A stretch of DNA of 64,000 nt, taken from the NCBI GenBank assembly GCA_030295235.1, contig AP026124.1, positions 806,001 through 870,000 on the forward strand, given 5' to 3'. Shown piece after piece: positions 47,601 to 59,060 of the stretch. Origin of the DNA: Fistulifera solaris. Its lineage: Eukaryota. Numbering within the stretch: position 1 is the first letter of the stretch; each line of letters begins with the position of its first letter. Made by a program: the position numbers and the translations under genes. The notes beneath the pieces are model-generated. The model worked only from the letters and a program-made list of their open reading frames with translations, did not search any database and was not told where the DNA came from.

Positions 47601-49247
47601 CAAGAAACTCCTCGGCAATCTCAGGCTCAGGATGGAGCCACGCCCGTTCAACTGGAACAAGAGGAGCCTGCTTGGGACTGGAACCGAAACCGTGTACCTC
47701 CAGGAACTGATGACCCACTTCCCCTGCAGTTCCCGAGAGGACCGGGACAAGAGACTCCTCTTCAGTCTCAGGCCAAGGACGGAGCTACACCAGCTCAACT
47801 GGAACAAGACGAGCCTGGTTGGGACTGGGCTCGTAATCGTGCACCGCCGGGTGTTGACAACCCAAATCCCATGGACTACAAGAATCTTCCCGGCCCAGAC
47901 GTAGAGAATCCTGAATTTGACTATGACCTCGAGCCTATTGACAACCCGGACGTTGTTGATGGATCAGCTCCGTGGGCTTCAGCACCTGACGAAGCGTCCG
48001 ACGACGGCCGGGGTCCAAAGCCGATGGCCCTTCCAGAAGACATCTATAGCGAACCTTCTTCGGAAGAGCAAGAGGAGCCAAAAGGAACTGTGGTCCCCGT
48101 ACCGATGATGCTTACAGTTGCTATACTGGGATCCATCATTGGCTCGGCGGCGATGTCTGCTGCGCCTCCCGTTCAGCCTGTTCCACCACCAGGGACAGTT
48201 GGACCGACAAGTCCTGGAACACAAGTACTACCCGATTTACCAGTCGTACCCGACATTCCTTGCATAGAAGACCCCGCATGTAATTTCATCATGGGTGCAA
48301 TTGACCCTGTGTACCCTCCAAGTACAAGAGCACTCATTAATATCCCAGGAACCTGCCAAAACTGGTCAAGAGAATGGCTGCGAACCGGCAAAGATATAAT
48401 GGAATTCCAAGTCGAGCGAATTAGGCAGCGTTTCGCAATGGCTCTTGTGTACTGTGAGTTCAATGGTGACAATTGGTTAGAGGGCGAATTGTGGGTCTCT
48501 GAGCTGCATGAATGCGATTGGTATACAATGATCGGTGTGGACCCATGTGGCCGCCGTGAACAGTATCAAATTATCAGAAATACAGGCCAACAGATGCGCG
48601 GTACACTTCCGCCTGAGATCGGTATGATATCATCCCTCTGGGAGATAAGTCTCTCTGATAACCTGCTTTCTGGAACAATCCCAGAAGACTTGAATCGACT
48701 AAGTGAATTGGACACTGTGTCTCTGTCATTCAATCTTCTCACGGGTACTATCCCGTCGTTCATGTATGAATTTTACGACATGACCCACATGGATCTCGCT
48801 TACAACTTTTTCGAGGGACAGTTACCAAACAATAAGCTTAGCATATCGCAGCCAAATCTCAAAGTGCTCTTTCTGGAGAATAATGACCTGAGTGGGCCTC
48901 TGCCGGACGATCTTGGACAACTTCCGCTGAAAAAACTACACTTGGACGGAAACCAGTTCACTGGAAAGATTCCCGAAAATATCCATACACCCGATATGGA
49001 AGAGCTCATGCTGCACAACAACCAGCTCACTGGTACCTTCCCAACCAGTGAGTTTGCCGCAGATGCCGCTGCCGCAGCAGCAAACCCGAAAAAAGTATCC
49101 CCACTGCGAGAAGTAAGCCTTCAAAACAACAAGTTGGAGGGCAGCGTCGACGACATGTGCCCTCTAACAACCCCGAACGTCGGCAGCCTTGCCACCTTCC
49201 AAGTCGACCCAACAGTAGATTGCAGCTGTTGTACTACAGGCGTGTAG
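26602..49247 (+). CDS. Giant (~7,500 aa) predicted single-pass membrane protein: Trp-repeat array, TM segment and C-terminal LRR domain; split by about 18 apparent indel errors
   Basis: ATG 26602 (MASFFGLGGLG). An unbroken chain of overlapping + strand ORFs (26672, 27087, 27416, 28593, 30622, 33270, 34993, 36126, 39551, 40189, 42195, 42932, 43770, 45599, 47101, 47286) keeps repeat register across frame switches. Ends with MMLTVAILGSIIGSAAMSA, QRFAMALVY..FNGDNWL..ECDWY and LxLxxNxLxGxIP LRRs. Confidence 0.82.
30830..47450 (+). repeat. Coding array of roughly 115 diverged ~47-aa (141-nt) repeats
   Basis: Consensus A(L/I/V)(D/E)W(L/I)RxNxPxxxD(L/V/I)D(D/E)PxxxAL(A/S)NLAGxPLPxGxxxxxxK; W-to-W spacing counted as 47 aa. 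Copy number is estimated as 16.6 kb/141 nt. Confidence 0.93.
47526..47860 (+). repeat. Recent 147-bp (49-aa) tandem duplication in the juxtamembrane region of the giant protein
   Basis: WDWNRNR/WDWARNR codons at 47526, 47673 and 47820; PGQETPxQSQAxDGATPxQLEQ(E/D)EP repeated with high DNA identity. Confidence 0.9.
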
Positions 49248-49435
49248 GTCTGTCGCATTCTACATTATATATTTTACGTAAAAGACGAAACGAGGTTTAT
49301 TGAATGCAGGAAAGTTACTTCCCAAGCTTTCTTGCAATCGCGAAGAAGAACGGCAACCATCTCGGGCCGAAGACTCAAAATGATACAAGAAATCGAAGTT
49401 CTTACATCTAATACATATGTTTTCTATTTAATAGG

Positions 49436-50838
49436 CTATATGGTAGGAATAGTAAATGAGCAATAGGTTCGAGCGTCGACGAAAAGCTCTGCCATGGCTT
49501 CCTTCATTTGATGGATGGTCTCAATCTGCAGTTCCGCGTGGGGAGACGAGATTGGATTGCCGCAATCTCTCCCTTTCTTGCCCACCAATACTTTTTGCCA
49601 CCCTTCCCGCCTGGCTGCCTCCAGATTTGACAAATTGTCGTCCAACAAGAGACATCGTGATGCATCTCGCACACCTGCTATTGCCATGGCTCGTCGAAAG
49701 GAATAGGGAGAGTGTTTTGTCTCCAAATCACAGCACTTGCAGTCGATGATGCGCTCTACAGGAAACAAGTCATCAATCCCAAGTTGCTGCAAGCAGCGCT
49801 GAGCATGATGCCAAACACTCGCCGTAAAGATATACTTTGGGATGGCGGGGTCAAGATCAAGAAGCATAGATCGCAATGCGTCGTCTCTTGGCAGCTCGAG
49901 CGGAATGTTGTGCACCGCTTCCAGATAGATATCTATTTCACTCTTATCGAGGTATTCTTCTGCAAGTAATCCTTTAAGACAAGTTCCATAATTTTTGTAC
50001 AGTTCGTACGCTTTGCCTTCTGGCAAACCAAGCTTCTTCACACAATAGTCGTCAATCTTTTTCGTAAGTCGGTTGGCTGTCTTCCAATCATCAAAATAGA
50101 GACAATCATCGCAGTCAAAAAGATGGCCAGTGGTCTGGGTCGCAGACCGTAATTGTCCAAATTACTACTCGAGCACCCGACTAGTAGGCGTCGATCGGCT
50201 CGAATGTCAAGTTTGCGTTGGAAGTAGAGACGGAGTGCATGACAAGCGTCCGGCATAAAGTCGTCGGGTCTGTCTTGAATGCGCTGATACAACTCGTGCA
50301 AGGACATTCGGTAACAGTCCTCCACTTCGGAGGGTTGCAAACGTAGATCGCGCATTTTACCAGTGAATGTGCACTCGTAAAAGTCGCCCCACACTTTGAC
50401 TCGTTCATCTTGATACGCAAATGTAAACAATCGATCGAGTGAATTATTCTCGTTTATCACGATACCCATTTCTTCATGAATCTCTCGTTCTGCATTTTCG
50501 CGATAGTTCTCGTTATAACCAACAATGCCTCCTGGTGTCGGATCGAGCTTTCCGGGACAATAGTCTTTTTTCATCGATCGTTTCTGCACTAACACAAAAT
50601 CTTCGTCGTGGTACTCTAAGTCCGTCGGACGGTGCTTCACCAGAATGTAGGTAGCTCGATGCCAAAGATTATGTTTTCGCATATCCTGACGACGAGCTCC
50701 TCCGGAAACAACTTGATTCTCGGGTGTGACCAGGCATACTCGTTCTTCCGCGTCGAGTGTTTCGTGCGGTGATAGCTCTCGACGGCTCCAAAAAACCGCC
50801 AGTATTGTAGATAGAGAAAAGAGCGTTATATCCAGCAT
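49436..50838 (-). CDS. Nudix hydrolase (YfcD/IDI-like) fused to HAD pyrimidine 5'-nucleotidase (SDT1-like); frameshift at A-run 50117-50121
   Basis: Nudix box GIVGYNENYRENAEREIHEEMGI. Adding one base to the run restores IFFDCDDCLYF (HAD motif I) in frame with YKNYGTCLKGL, YIFTAS, ETKHS and LLDDNLSNL. Confidence 0.85.
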
Positions 50839-51382
50839 GGTGATACAGAAATAGAGGTAACCTTACCAGGTAGCAGTTACCAAAGCGACCAACACTAATC
50901 CTGGCTTACGAAAAAGTAGTCTTCGCAGCAATGATTACCTTACAAGGGGAGACGGTGATGAATGAGCCCGTCGCAAATCGCAACCGGCGTTTATTTGACT
51001 GCCTTGTAATTTTCCCTCCAGTGTGCACTAATAATACTCCGTAGAATGTAACGGTGAAGTGCTGTGACTCAACTAGGCTACAGTCCCGGCACTTAGGGCC
51101 CATGCCCATGTCTTACCAGGTATCGCAGTCCTGGAAAGTTGTCCCGGAGTGAGGAGTGAGGAGGATTGGGCGTTCTACGTTAATCGAAGAATAAGGTTAA
51201 GACTATTCCGGGAAAGAATGACCCTTTTCCCTTTTGACTTGATTGCCTCACGGTTTTGAGCGAACAAAACCACATGGGGACAGAATATATTATTTGGTCC
51301 TGATGAGTATGCTCTCGGCAACAGTTGTTCATTGCAACAAACTCACACAATACTGCTGGAGGTAATATTTTCTATTATAGCA

Positions 51383-52579
51383 ATGAGCGACGAGCAAAGC
51401 TGTCAAAAGTCACTGCAGCAAAGCACTAACGCTACAGAATCGGTGCAAGAAAAGATGGACGAAAAAACGTCCATGACAACGACTGAGACGCCTACATTCA
51501 CATTGATTGCCAAGTTCGGCAAGGAACGAATTCAACTAAATGATCTTTCTCCACACACAACCATCGAACAGGTCAAAATCATCCTACAAGAGCGAACACG
51601 TGTTTTGTGTAAGCGTCAAAAATTGGTGGGTCTCGTCGCGAACGAGGGCGGCGCGAAAGGTGTACACGATGCATTGCCGATCATGCACTTGAAAACCAAC
51701 ACGAAAGCTAAATTAACAAACGAAAACAGAACAACTCATCAATTCATTCTCATGGGAACGCCTGAAGAGAGTATTTTTGTTGACCCCGATCAACTCGATG
51801 AGTTGCCGGATGTCATTGAAGATTTTGATCTCGACTTCAATGCCGGGTCCGAAGAATGGCTCAGGCACGTCGCCAACGGAGAAAATTTGAAAAAATTCAC
51901 GGCGGACACTCTCATTCATATGATGAATCCTCCGCGGGATGGTAAACCGTTGTTGGTGCTCGATCTAGATCACACGCTGCTCGATTTCAGCTCGAGATCG
52001 CTGCAACGCGATGCCGTGTCGGTTCCAGTCGGACAGGGCGCGGCAAAAACCATGAAACGATCGCACATGGACGAGTTTTTGACGCACATGTATCAGTATT
52101 ACGATCTCGTGGTCTGGAGTCAAACATCGTGGCGATGGTTGGAGACAAAGCTCACCGAATTGGGTATGATTGGGTCCGCCTACAAATTTTGTTTCGTACT
52201 GGACAAGACCAGTATGTTTACCGTTACCACTACCGACAAATACAATCAAACTCGCACGCATCATGTCAAGCCACTGCAAATTATCTGGAGCAAATTTTCT
52301 CGTTGGTCCGCAGCCAATACCGTGCATCTTGACGATTTATCACGAAACTTTGCACTCAACATGTCATCTGGACTGAAGTGCACGCCGTTTTATCGAAAGA
52401 AGAACCCGAGAGATGCAGAACTATTGGCAATTGGGAAGTACCTGGTGGATATAGCACAAGCCGGCATTCGTTTTGATCAAATTGATTTCGGCAGGTGGAA
52501 AGACGTCGTCCAGGGGGAGTGCTCGTTGCTGGATACTTTGACCCAACAAGACGGTTCGAACGACCAGAACGGACAATAA
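51383..52579 (+). CDS. UBLCP1: Ubiquitin-like domain-containing CTD phosphatase 1
   Basis: UBL (RQKLVGL...LMGTPEE), then NPPRDGKPLLVLDLDHTLLDF, VWSQTSWRWLETKL, VKPLQIIW, HLDDLSRNFALN. Confidence 0.92.
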   Translation: MSDEQSCQKSLQQSTNATESVQEKMDEKTSMTTTETPTFTLIAKFGKERIQLNDLSPHTTIEQVKIILQERTRVLCKRQKLVGLVANEGGAKGVHDALPIMHLKTNTKAKLTNENRTTHQFILMGTPEESIFVDPDQLDELPDVIEDFDLDFNAGSEEWLRHVANGENLKKFTADTLIHMMNPPRDGKPLLVLDLDHTLLDFSSRSLQRDAVSVPVGQGAAKTMKRSHMDEFLTHMYQYYDLVVWSQTSWRWLETKLTELGMIGSAYKFCFVLDKTSMFTVTTTDKYNQTRTHHVKPLQIIWSKFSRWSAANTVHLDDLSRNFALNMSSGLKCTPFYRKKNPRDAELLAIGKYLVDIAQAGIRFDQIDFGRWKDVVQGECSLLDTLTQQDGSNDQNGQ

Positions 52580-52635
52580 GCTAGCTATCAAACATCCACA
52601 TTATAGGTTCTAGACTGAATGGGACATTAAATTAA

Positions 52636-53724
52636 TTAGAAATTTCGGTCACCCACGTCACCTCGCTTGTTGCCACTGCCTCGCGGGTTTTCATCTTTAA
52701 AATCATCCCAATTGCGGTCGAGCGCAGCACTGGCATCTACGAGGTCAGCATCATCTTCCAAACCATCTCGAACCAAAAACTCGTATCGTCGCGGGGCAAG
52801 AGCGCGCTCCAATTCCGCTTCCTTTTGTGCCTGTTCGCGAGCTAGGGCCTGCTGTAGTTCGCGCTCACCTAATTCTTCAAGTGTCATGGTGGGTAGATTC
52901 CAGCCCGGTCGCAGAACGTTGGCCTTGATTTCTTGTCGTTCCAGACGTAACTGACCTGTAGTAATATCCTGAGTAATTTGCGTGACTTGCAAGCCTTTTC
53001 CTTGCGGCGGTCTTAGAGGTGAAGATGTATACCGTTGCTCCTGCGACTGGTTTTGCAATTGTTCGCGTCCCATTCTTGCGCACAGAGGCAGCTCTTGCAA
53101 CACACTACCCCATCCGTCAAATGCTTGCACTTTATGAATTTTACCAGTAACTGTCAGAGCAATGGAACGTTCTAATGATTCATCGTCGTGACCATCCATT
53201 GTTTCATTTTGAGCAATATTCAATCTCCTTCGTCGATCCTGTAGTGATTTCAACCGGTCCTTCTCTTGCTGCGCCTCTTTTTGCATCTGGAAGCGTGCAA
53301 TTTTCATTTCTCGGGAAATCGGAGGCGACAACATAGGGTTTTGATTGTCGTTATTATCATCAAGTCTCTCTTGCACTTCCAAAAGTGCACGAAACTGCTT
53401 CTTCTCTGCCGCTGAGAGCAAGTCGAGCCGTTCCAGTCGTTCAAAAAAGGCTTGCCATAAATCGCACGCGCGACGCAAATTTCCGAGTCGTTCGACCATA
53501 CCATTTTGCATGGGAAGATCAACATAAGCCTCCGCCAGAAGATGCTCCAAAGACAGATACGGCAGATATGATGTAGCGATGTCGTTGAGATCTTCGTTCG
53601 AGGAGATGCACAAAGCAATTTCTGCCTGTAAGGATTCGAGCGCCGCTACCATTTGCTTTTTGTCGGATAATAGTTGAGCCTGCTCGAAGCGTTCTTGTAG
53701 ACTCTCTCCATGACCCGTCATCAT
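52636..53724 (-). CDS. TAP42: TAP42/IGBP1 (alpha4) PP2A-family regulator
   Basis: SSNEDLNDIAT..LPYL, REMKIARF, LPTMTLEE, RNWDDFKDENPRGSGN. Confidence 0.92.
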   Translation of the reverse strand: MMTGHGESLQERFEQAQLLSDKKQMVAALESLQAEIALCISSNEDLNDIATSYLPYLSLEHLLAEAYVDLPMQNGMVERLGNLRRACDLWQAFFERLERLDLLSAAEKKQFRALLEVQERLDDNNDNQNPMLSPPISREMKIARFQMQKEAQQEKDRLKSLQDRRRRLNIAQNETMDGHDDESLERSIALTVTGKIHKVQAFDGWGSVLQELPLCARMGREQLQNQSQEQRYTSSPLRPPQGKGLQVTQITQDITTGQLRLERQEIKANVLRPGWNLPTMTLEELGERELQQALAREQAQKEAELERALAPRRYEFLVRDGLEDDADLVDASAALDRNWDDFKDENPRGSGNKRGDVGDRNF

Positions 53725-54285
53725 ATTAAACGCTTTAATGAGTCGTTATTTAACTTACAAAAGGAATTTATTGATAATGGACATGGGAATCAGGCCATCG
53801 ATAACTTTTGCACCACAACGGATCGTCGTTCCTTGGTTTTCGAGACCACGACTGCAAATCAATCATGAATACAGATTTTCCTAATAGTTGACTGCTACCT
53901 AACGTTCGTTCGTTCAGTAAAGCAGTTTGAGCTACATTTATGGTAACAACGATGTCAATAGTCATTGCCTGGTACCTTGAGTAATATTAGGAAGACACGC
54001 ATCGATTGTTTACGTCAGTTTGAAACGACGACTGCAATCTAGTCACGAAACAGTGGTCTCTAGCAATTTATGATATCGGTTTAATTCCTCAGTTCATGCT
54101 GCTGGTCCAGACAAGCTAAATACAGTAACAAACTCTTGGTCTTGATAATGGATAATCGGTTGATTCATTGTTGGTTTCAATTGAATTCACTTAAAATATT
54201 TAGTCAAAGGAGAAGTCGTAGAAAAAAGAGGACTATATTATGTTATACTGGTATATCTTGCACATAGATTTGCTACTTGAATTTC

Positions 54286-55477
54286 TTACGAAGCTTTGCG
54301 TCCAGCGTCCCTAGCCGCTGCTTCACGGACAGGCGCAAAGTACATATGACCCATGGCTTCCTTGGCGGAAAGGCGTTCTTGATGATCATAACGCAGTAAC
54401 TTTGAAACAAAGTCAATTGCCTCGTCTGAAACAAGGTGTTGATTCTCCGGCGTAATGAACTTTTGCCAAGGCTTTTTCGAGTGACGACCCAAGATACCAT
54501 CAAAATGGGGGTCCAATTCCAAATCGTACGTATCCAAGTAATGAAATAACTCTTCCGTTCCCAAGACCTTGGCGATTTTCACGAGCTGATCATAATTATC
54601 GTGTCCATGAAAGAAAGGCTCCTTCCGAAAGATCATACCCGCAAACATACAGCCCAAACTCCACATGTCGAGAGAATAATCGTATTCCTGCAGATCGACC
54701 AATAGCTCGGGACCTTTGAAGTAACGAGATGCCACACGAACGTTGTATTCACGACCTGGATGATAGAATTCAGCAAGGCCCCAGTCAATCAATCGAAGCT
54801 GACGCTTCTCGTGATCGATCATAACGTTGTGCTATCAAAGACCAGATTGTGAGACAGGAATGTAAAAGACGCAGACGACTCAAGCAAAGAATTCTTACCG
54901 GCTTGACGTCACGGTGCATGACGCCATTCGAATGACAATAATCCAACGCTTTGAGCAATTCAAAGATATAGTATCGGATGTCAAAGTCCGAAAGCGTGGG
55001 ATAGAGAATTTTAAAGTCAGTATTGTTGACATGCTCAAAGATGAGCGAAGGAGTCTTTGACTGAGGATCTCGAACGACATCCAAAAGCTGAATAATGTTT
55101 GTTCCACCGCACATATTCTGCAAAATCTTAATTTCTCGTTTGATTTTCTTCTTCTTGACAGGTTTCAGAATTTTGATCACGCACTTGGTATTATTAACTA
55201 CATTGACACCCTCAAACACTTCACTGTATTTTCCGCGGCCGATCTTGCGGATCACTTCATATTCTTCTTGATCGCCCCAGTTTACCGTTAGTGCCTCGTA
55301 GTCCCAATATTCACGGGGTCGATGCACATTGACATCGGGATAGACTCTAAGGATTGTTGTGGAGAGAAAAATAAGCGATAAAGAAAGGGAAGTCATGAGA
55401 ACTCGTCGAGGTGTCATCGAGTCGACAGATTGCGTTGAGTCTTTGTACCTCCAATTCACTTACCTCGCTCTACTCAT
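54286..55477 (-). CDS. CKA1: Casein kinase II alpha subunit; introns 55347-55463 and 54832-54898
   Basis: Spliced product [22 protein letters not shown]...[24 protein letters not shown]...HRDVKP|HNVMIDH...[27 protein letters not shown]; both introns GT..AG. Confidence 0.97.
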
Positions 55478-56112
55478 GATGGTCGCTTTCCTGTATGAAT
55501 TGCTGATCTGTGAGAATCGTCCTCTGTTATCCCAATTTACTGCGAGTTGCCGAAGCCCAGATATACGCGATGTTATACGCGAAGATATCTTGAGCTAATG
55601 GTGAAGCGTACAGGAGTTGCCTTCGTGACTTCTTCAAATCCGAAATGAGACTTGAAGATTTACCGACTACGAGCGCGTTCGTGAAACAAAAGGGTGTGCT
55701 GCTGATAATGATAAGCTACAGATGCCTCTCTTGCTTTGACGTGCAAATATTGAAAAAGACTCGAGGCCCCGCAATTTGCAACGCCGTCAACAGCGGCAGC
55801 CGCAGCTGGCGGGGCATAGCGCCAGACGAGCGAGCAATTCGAAGTTGTCCGTTCATTCCATAGCCAATGGCCACTGGCCACTCGCCATTCTGTCATTCTT
55901 CCTTGCTTACGGCTTTTTACAGTCCAACAGAATGTATTAGGCCTGTCCCAGGTACAATATTGTACAAAAATATTGGTCATTAGTGGTCATAAAATCCTTT
56001 ACAGCACAGTAGTATTTCAATACCGATACGATACAGAACCCTATAAGATTTACTCCGGGTAGTAGTCTATGGTCGTCAAAAATTTTTAGGAACGTGTTAG
56101 TATCGTAAACGA

Positions 56113-56207
56113 TACCGGTACGAGAACATAATGTAGTACTTTCGACAATGAACAAACAACATAGCATTCGCACGTTAGTTGGAGCGTACCTGGTACCGGT
56201 ACCGGTA
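56113..56207. promoter_or_regulatory. Cluster of TACCGGTA/TACCTGGTA palindromes in the CK2/monooxygenase divergent intergenic region
   Basis: TACCGGTA at 56113, TACCTGGTACCGGTACCGGTA at 56187-56207; the same motif recurs in other intergenic regions. Regulatory role is inferred only. Confidence 0.4.
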
Positions 56208-56288
56208 CGAGTTGACACACACACACATACAAGTACAAACATTGCACCTTCATTTTTGATCCATTCACTTTACCCCGTCAAATAAGCC

Positions 56289-57770
56289 ATGAGACTTTCA
56301 ATCGCTTTAACAACTGTAGCTCTTCTTCAATTTATGCTGGTAGGTGCTTTGGAACAAAAGCCGATAAGACGCGTCGGTGTCATCGGATCCGGAGTGGCCG
56401 GTTTGACCCTTGCCCATGCTCTTCAAGACCTCGTCCAGGTGGAAATATTTGATGCTCGAAGCGAACTCAACCGAAAAGAAGGAGCTGGATTTCAGCTCAA
56501 CGGCGGTCTTGCGTCTTTCGAAGCTAATCTTCAAAGAGCCGTCGCGGAAGCTGGAATTCCATTGGAAGGCATTCAGAGTAGATCAAAAGCATGGTTTGGA
56601 AAAACGGAAAACCAAGATTACAGTACCTTACTGCAACTCAATATAAATGAACTGATAAGGCAAGCTTCCGGAGAAGTTACCGATTCGCTTCTGGATGACA
56701 AGGGAATGGCAAGGTGGACAGCTATTACGAGAGGAGCCCTTCAGGAAGTCTTACGAGACAATCTACCCAGCACCATCCCCATCCGATTCAATAAGAAGCT
56801 GACCAGCATAAGCGAGCTCGAGAGTGGTGGTGTACTTTGTGGGTTTGACGACGGTTCAAGTTCAGGTCCGTTTGATATGGTCGTTGGCTGTGATGGAATA
56901 CGGTCAGCCACGAAAGAATATGTGAATACAGCGAAGATTGAAGAAACCAAAACATCATTAGCTCCATCGAACGCTATTTACTCCGGTATTCGTATCCGTT
57001 TTGCTGTTGTAGACGAAACAGCTGAAGACAAGCAGGGATCAGGGGCAAAGTTGACGCAGTACTTTGGCGACGGTGGCTACGCCTTACACGGAAAATTTGG
57101 GGCAGGGAAAGGCCGGCCGCTTACCAGCATGGCTGTTTTTGTCTATCTGGATGAGAACTATATCGGGCCTTTTCAGGTAGCAAAAGAGAAGAAGGATCGT
57201 GTAGCAGTTAGTGAAAACGCAGACTGGACTCAAACTGTCGAGCAGCAGCTCGAAAGCTCCAGAAGTAACATGCTATCTCAGCTGAAAGGGTTCAATATAC
57301 CAGACAAAGACAAAGATCTTGAATCTGTAATAAGGAATGCGGACCGTATATACGAATTAGGTTCATACTTCCACAATCCCTTCACCCGGTGGAGTCGGAT
57401 ACTAAAGAACGGTTCCTGTGTTGTACTCTGTGGTGACGCGGCTCATGCTATGCCACCCTTTCTGGGACAGGGTTCGAACCAAGCGATTCAATCCGCTTAC
57501 TGCCTTGGTAATAAAATTTTAGAATACAACCAGAAACTGGGAGACGATAAATACAATATAACTCTGGAAAAAACCCTCGCTGCTTACCGAGAAGTTCGGT
57601 GGAAGCCGACTTTCGGTATACTTTGGAAAGCGCTCTTTCTCGGATACCTCGAAACAGGAGGAGGAAACGGCATATACTCAAAGCCTAGGGACAGCTTCTT
57701 CCAGTTAATGGGGGCTGTTGGTGTTGCAAAAGGAGTGCTACTAGGCGCTGCAGTTCCCAAGATTATGTGA
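56289..57770 (+). CDS. FAD-dependent monooxygenase (zeaxanthin epoxidase/salicylate hydroxylase-like) with signal peptide
   Basis: VIGSGVAGLTLA, VVGCDGIRS, LCGDAAHAMPPFLGQGSNQAI; hydrophobic N-terminal leader. Confidence 0.85.
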   Translation: MRLSIALTTVALLQFMLVGALEQKPIRRVGVIGSGVAGLTLAHALQDLVQVEIFDARSELNRKEGAGFQLNGGLASFEANLQRAVAEAGIPLEGIQSRSKAWFGKTENQDYSTLLQLNINELIRQASGEVTDSLLDDKGMARWTAITRGALQEVLRDNLPSTIPIRFNKKLTSISELESGGVLCGFDDGSSSGPFDMVVGCDGIRSATKEYVNTAKIEETKTSLAPSNAIYSGIRIRFAVVDETAEDKQGSGAKLTQYFGDGGYALHGKFGAGKGRPLTSMAVFVYLDENYIGPFQVAKEKKDRVAVSENADWTQTVEQQLESSRSNMLSQLKGFNIPDKDKDLESVIRNADRIYELGSYFHNPFTRWSRILKNGSCVVLCGDAAHAMPPFLGQGSNQAIQSAYCLGNKILEYNQKLGDDKYNITLEKTLAAYREVRWKPTFGILWKALFLGYLETGGGNGIYSKPRDSFFQLMGAVGVAKGVLLGAAVPKIM

Positions 57771-57868
57771 AAGTAGTCGTTATTTGGAAGGAAATTATCT
57801 TATGCTTTAAACCCACAATAACTATACCGTACTAGGAAATAGCGCGTCACATTAGAACATTTGTATAG

Positions 57869-59060
57869 CTAAACCGTTTCCTCCATCATGGATGCGCTAT
57901 CAAGAGCCATTCCCATAGCATGTAGACCATTGTCGACGTACATCGTGATACCAGTGATAGTGCGAGCCATGGGACTGAGCAAAAATAAACCAGCATTGCC
58001 AACATCATCGTTGTACAAGTCCTGAGCCAAAGGGGCGTTGGCCTTGCTGTAGTCGATAGCCTTCTCAATGAATGTTCTCGATCCAGGCTCCTTCGACTTA
58101 CCAATTGCAGTGGCAGCTCGGCTCTTTAGGGGACCAGCAGAGATCGTGTTCACGCGGATTCCGTACTTGCGTCCCGCCTCAAAGGCAAGAGTGCGTGTGT
58201 CACTCTCGAGTTGGGCCTTGGCGGACGACATACCGCCTCCATAACCAGGGATGGCCTTCTCAGAAGCAATGTACGTGAGGGAGAGGAACGAACCACCCTC
58301 ATTCATGATGGGACCAAATTTCTGAAGAAGCGACACGGCAGAGTACGCAGAAGCAGAGGAAGCGGCGAGGTAACCCTTACGAGAAGTCTCGAGAAGAGGC
58401 TTCACAACTTCAGGACCGTTCGCAAGGGAGTGAACCAAAATATCGATCTTTCCGTAATCGGCTTCGACAGCCTTGGCGACTTCGGAAATAGTGAAACCAT
58501 CCAAGCCTGCATAACGTTTGTTGTTCTTGATGTCCTCAGGGACATCATCAGGCTCATCGAACACAGCATCCAAGGGGTAAACCTTTTCGATGGTCATTTT
58601 GGAACCATCCGACAAAGTGGAGTCTTCGTCGAACTGACCCTTGCTTAAACCCATCTGGAAAATCTTGAGCACAGGAGGCCAAGTTCCGACAACAATAGTA
58701 GCACCGGCATCAGCAAGGGCGCGAGCGATAGCCCAACCGTACCCTTGGGAGTCAGCAACACCAGCAACGAAAGCCACTTTGCCCTTCAAATCGACCGTTT
58801 TGGCCATGTGAAGGCTAGTATCGGCAACTCTGGGCGATTGGGCGACATAAGATGCCGATCGCGTACCGTATCCTGTCACAAAGAAGAAAGACGAGACAGT
58901 CGGAATTCCGTGAGACAAAAAAACCTTACGATGCAAGGGATGACGACGCGCGCTTGATTTCGAGGTCATTGATCGTTGACGTACCAAAAGTGGACGGGGT
59001 GAAAGCGTTGGTAGAAGCGGATAAGAAGAGAGTAATGAATAAAAGAGCTCGGGAGATCAT
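57869..59060 (-). CDS. fabI: Plastid enoyl-ACP reductase, copy 1; intron 58873-58984
   Basis: Exon 1 [26 protein letters not shown] (ASAFAP-type); exon 2 has [43 protein letters not shown]; ends MMEETV. Confidence 0.95.

Noticed and set aside
155..50838. Many frameshifts read as pseudogenes or programmed ribosomal frameshifting
   Set aside because: They hit essential genes (rpS9, COQ3, RNase Z), mostly sit at homopolymer runs, and leave all motifs intact with no other decay; long-read indel error is the simplest explanation.
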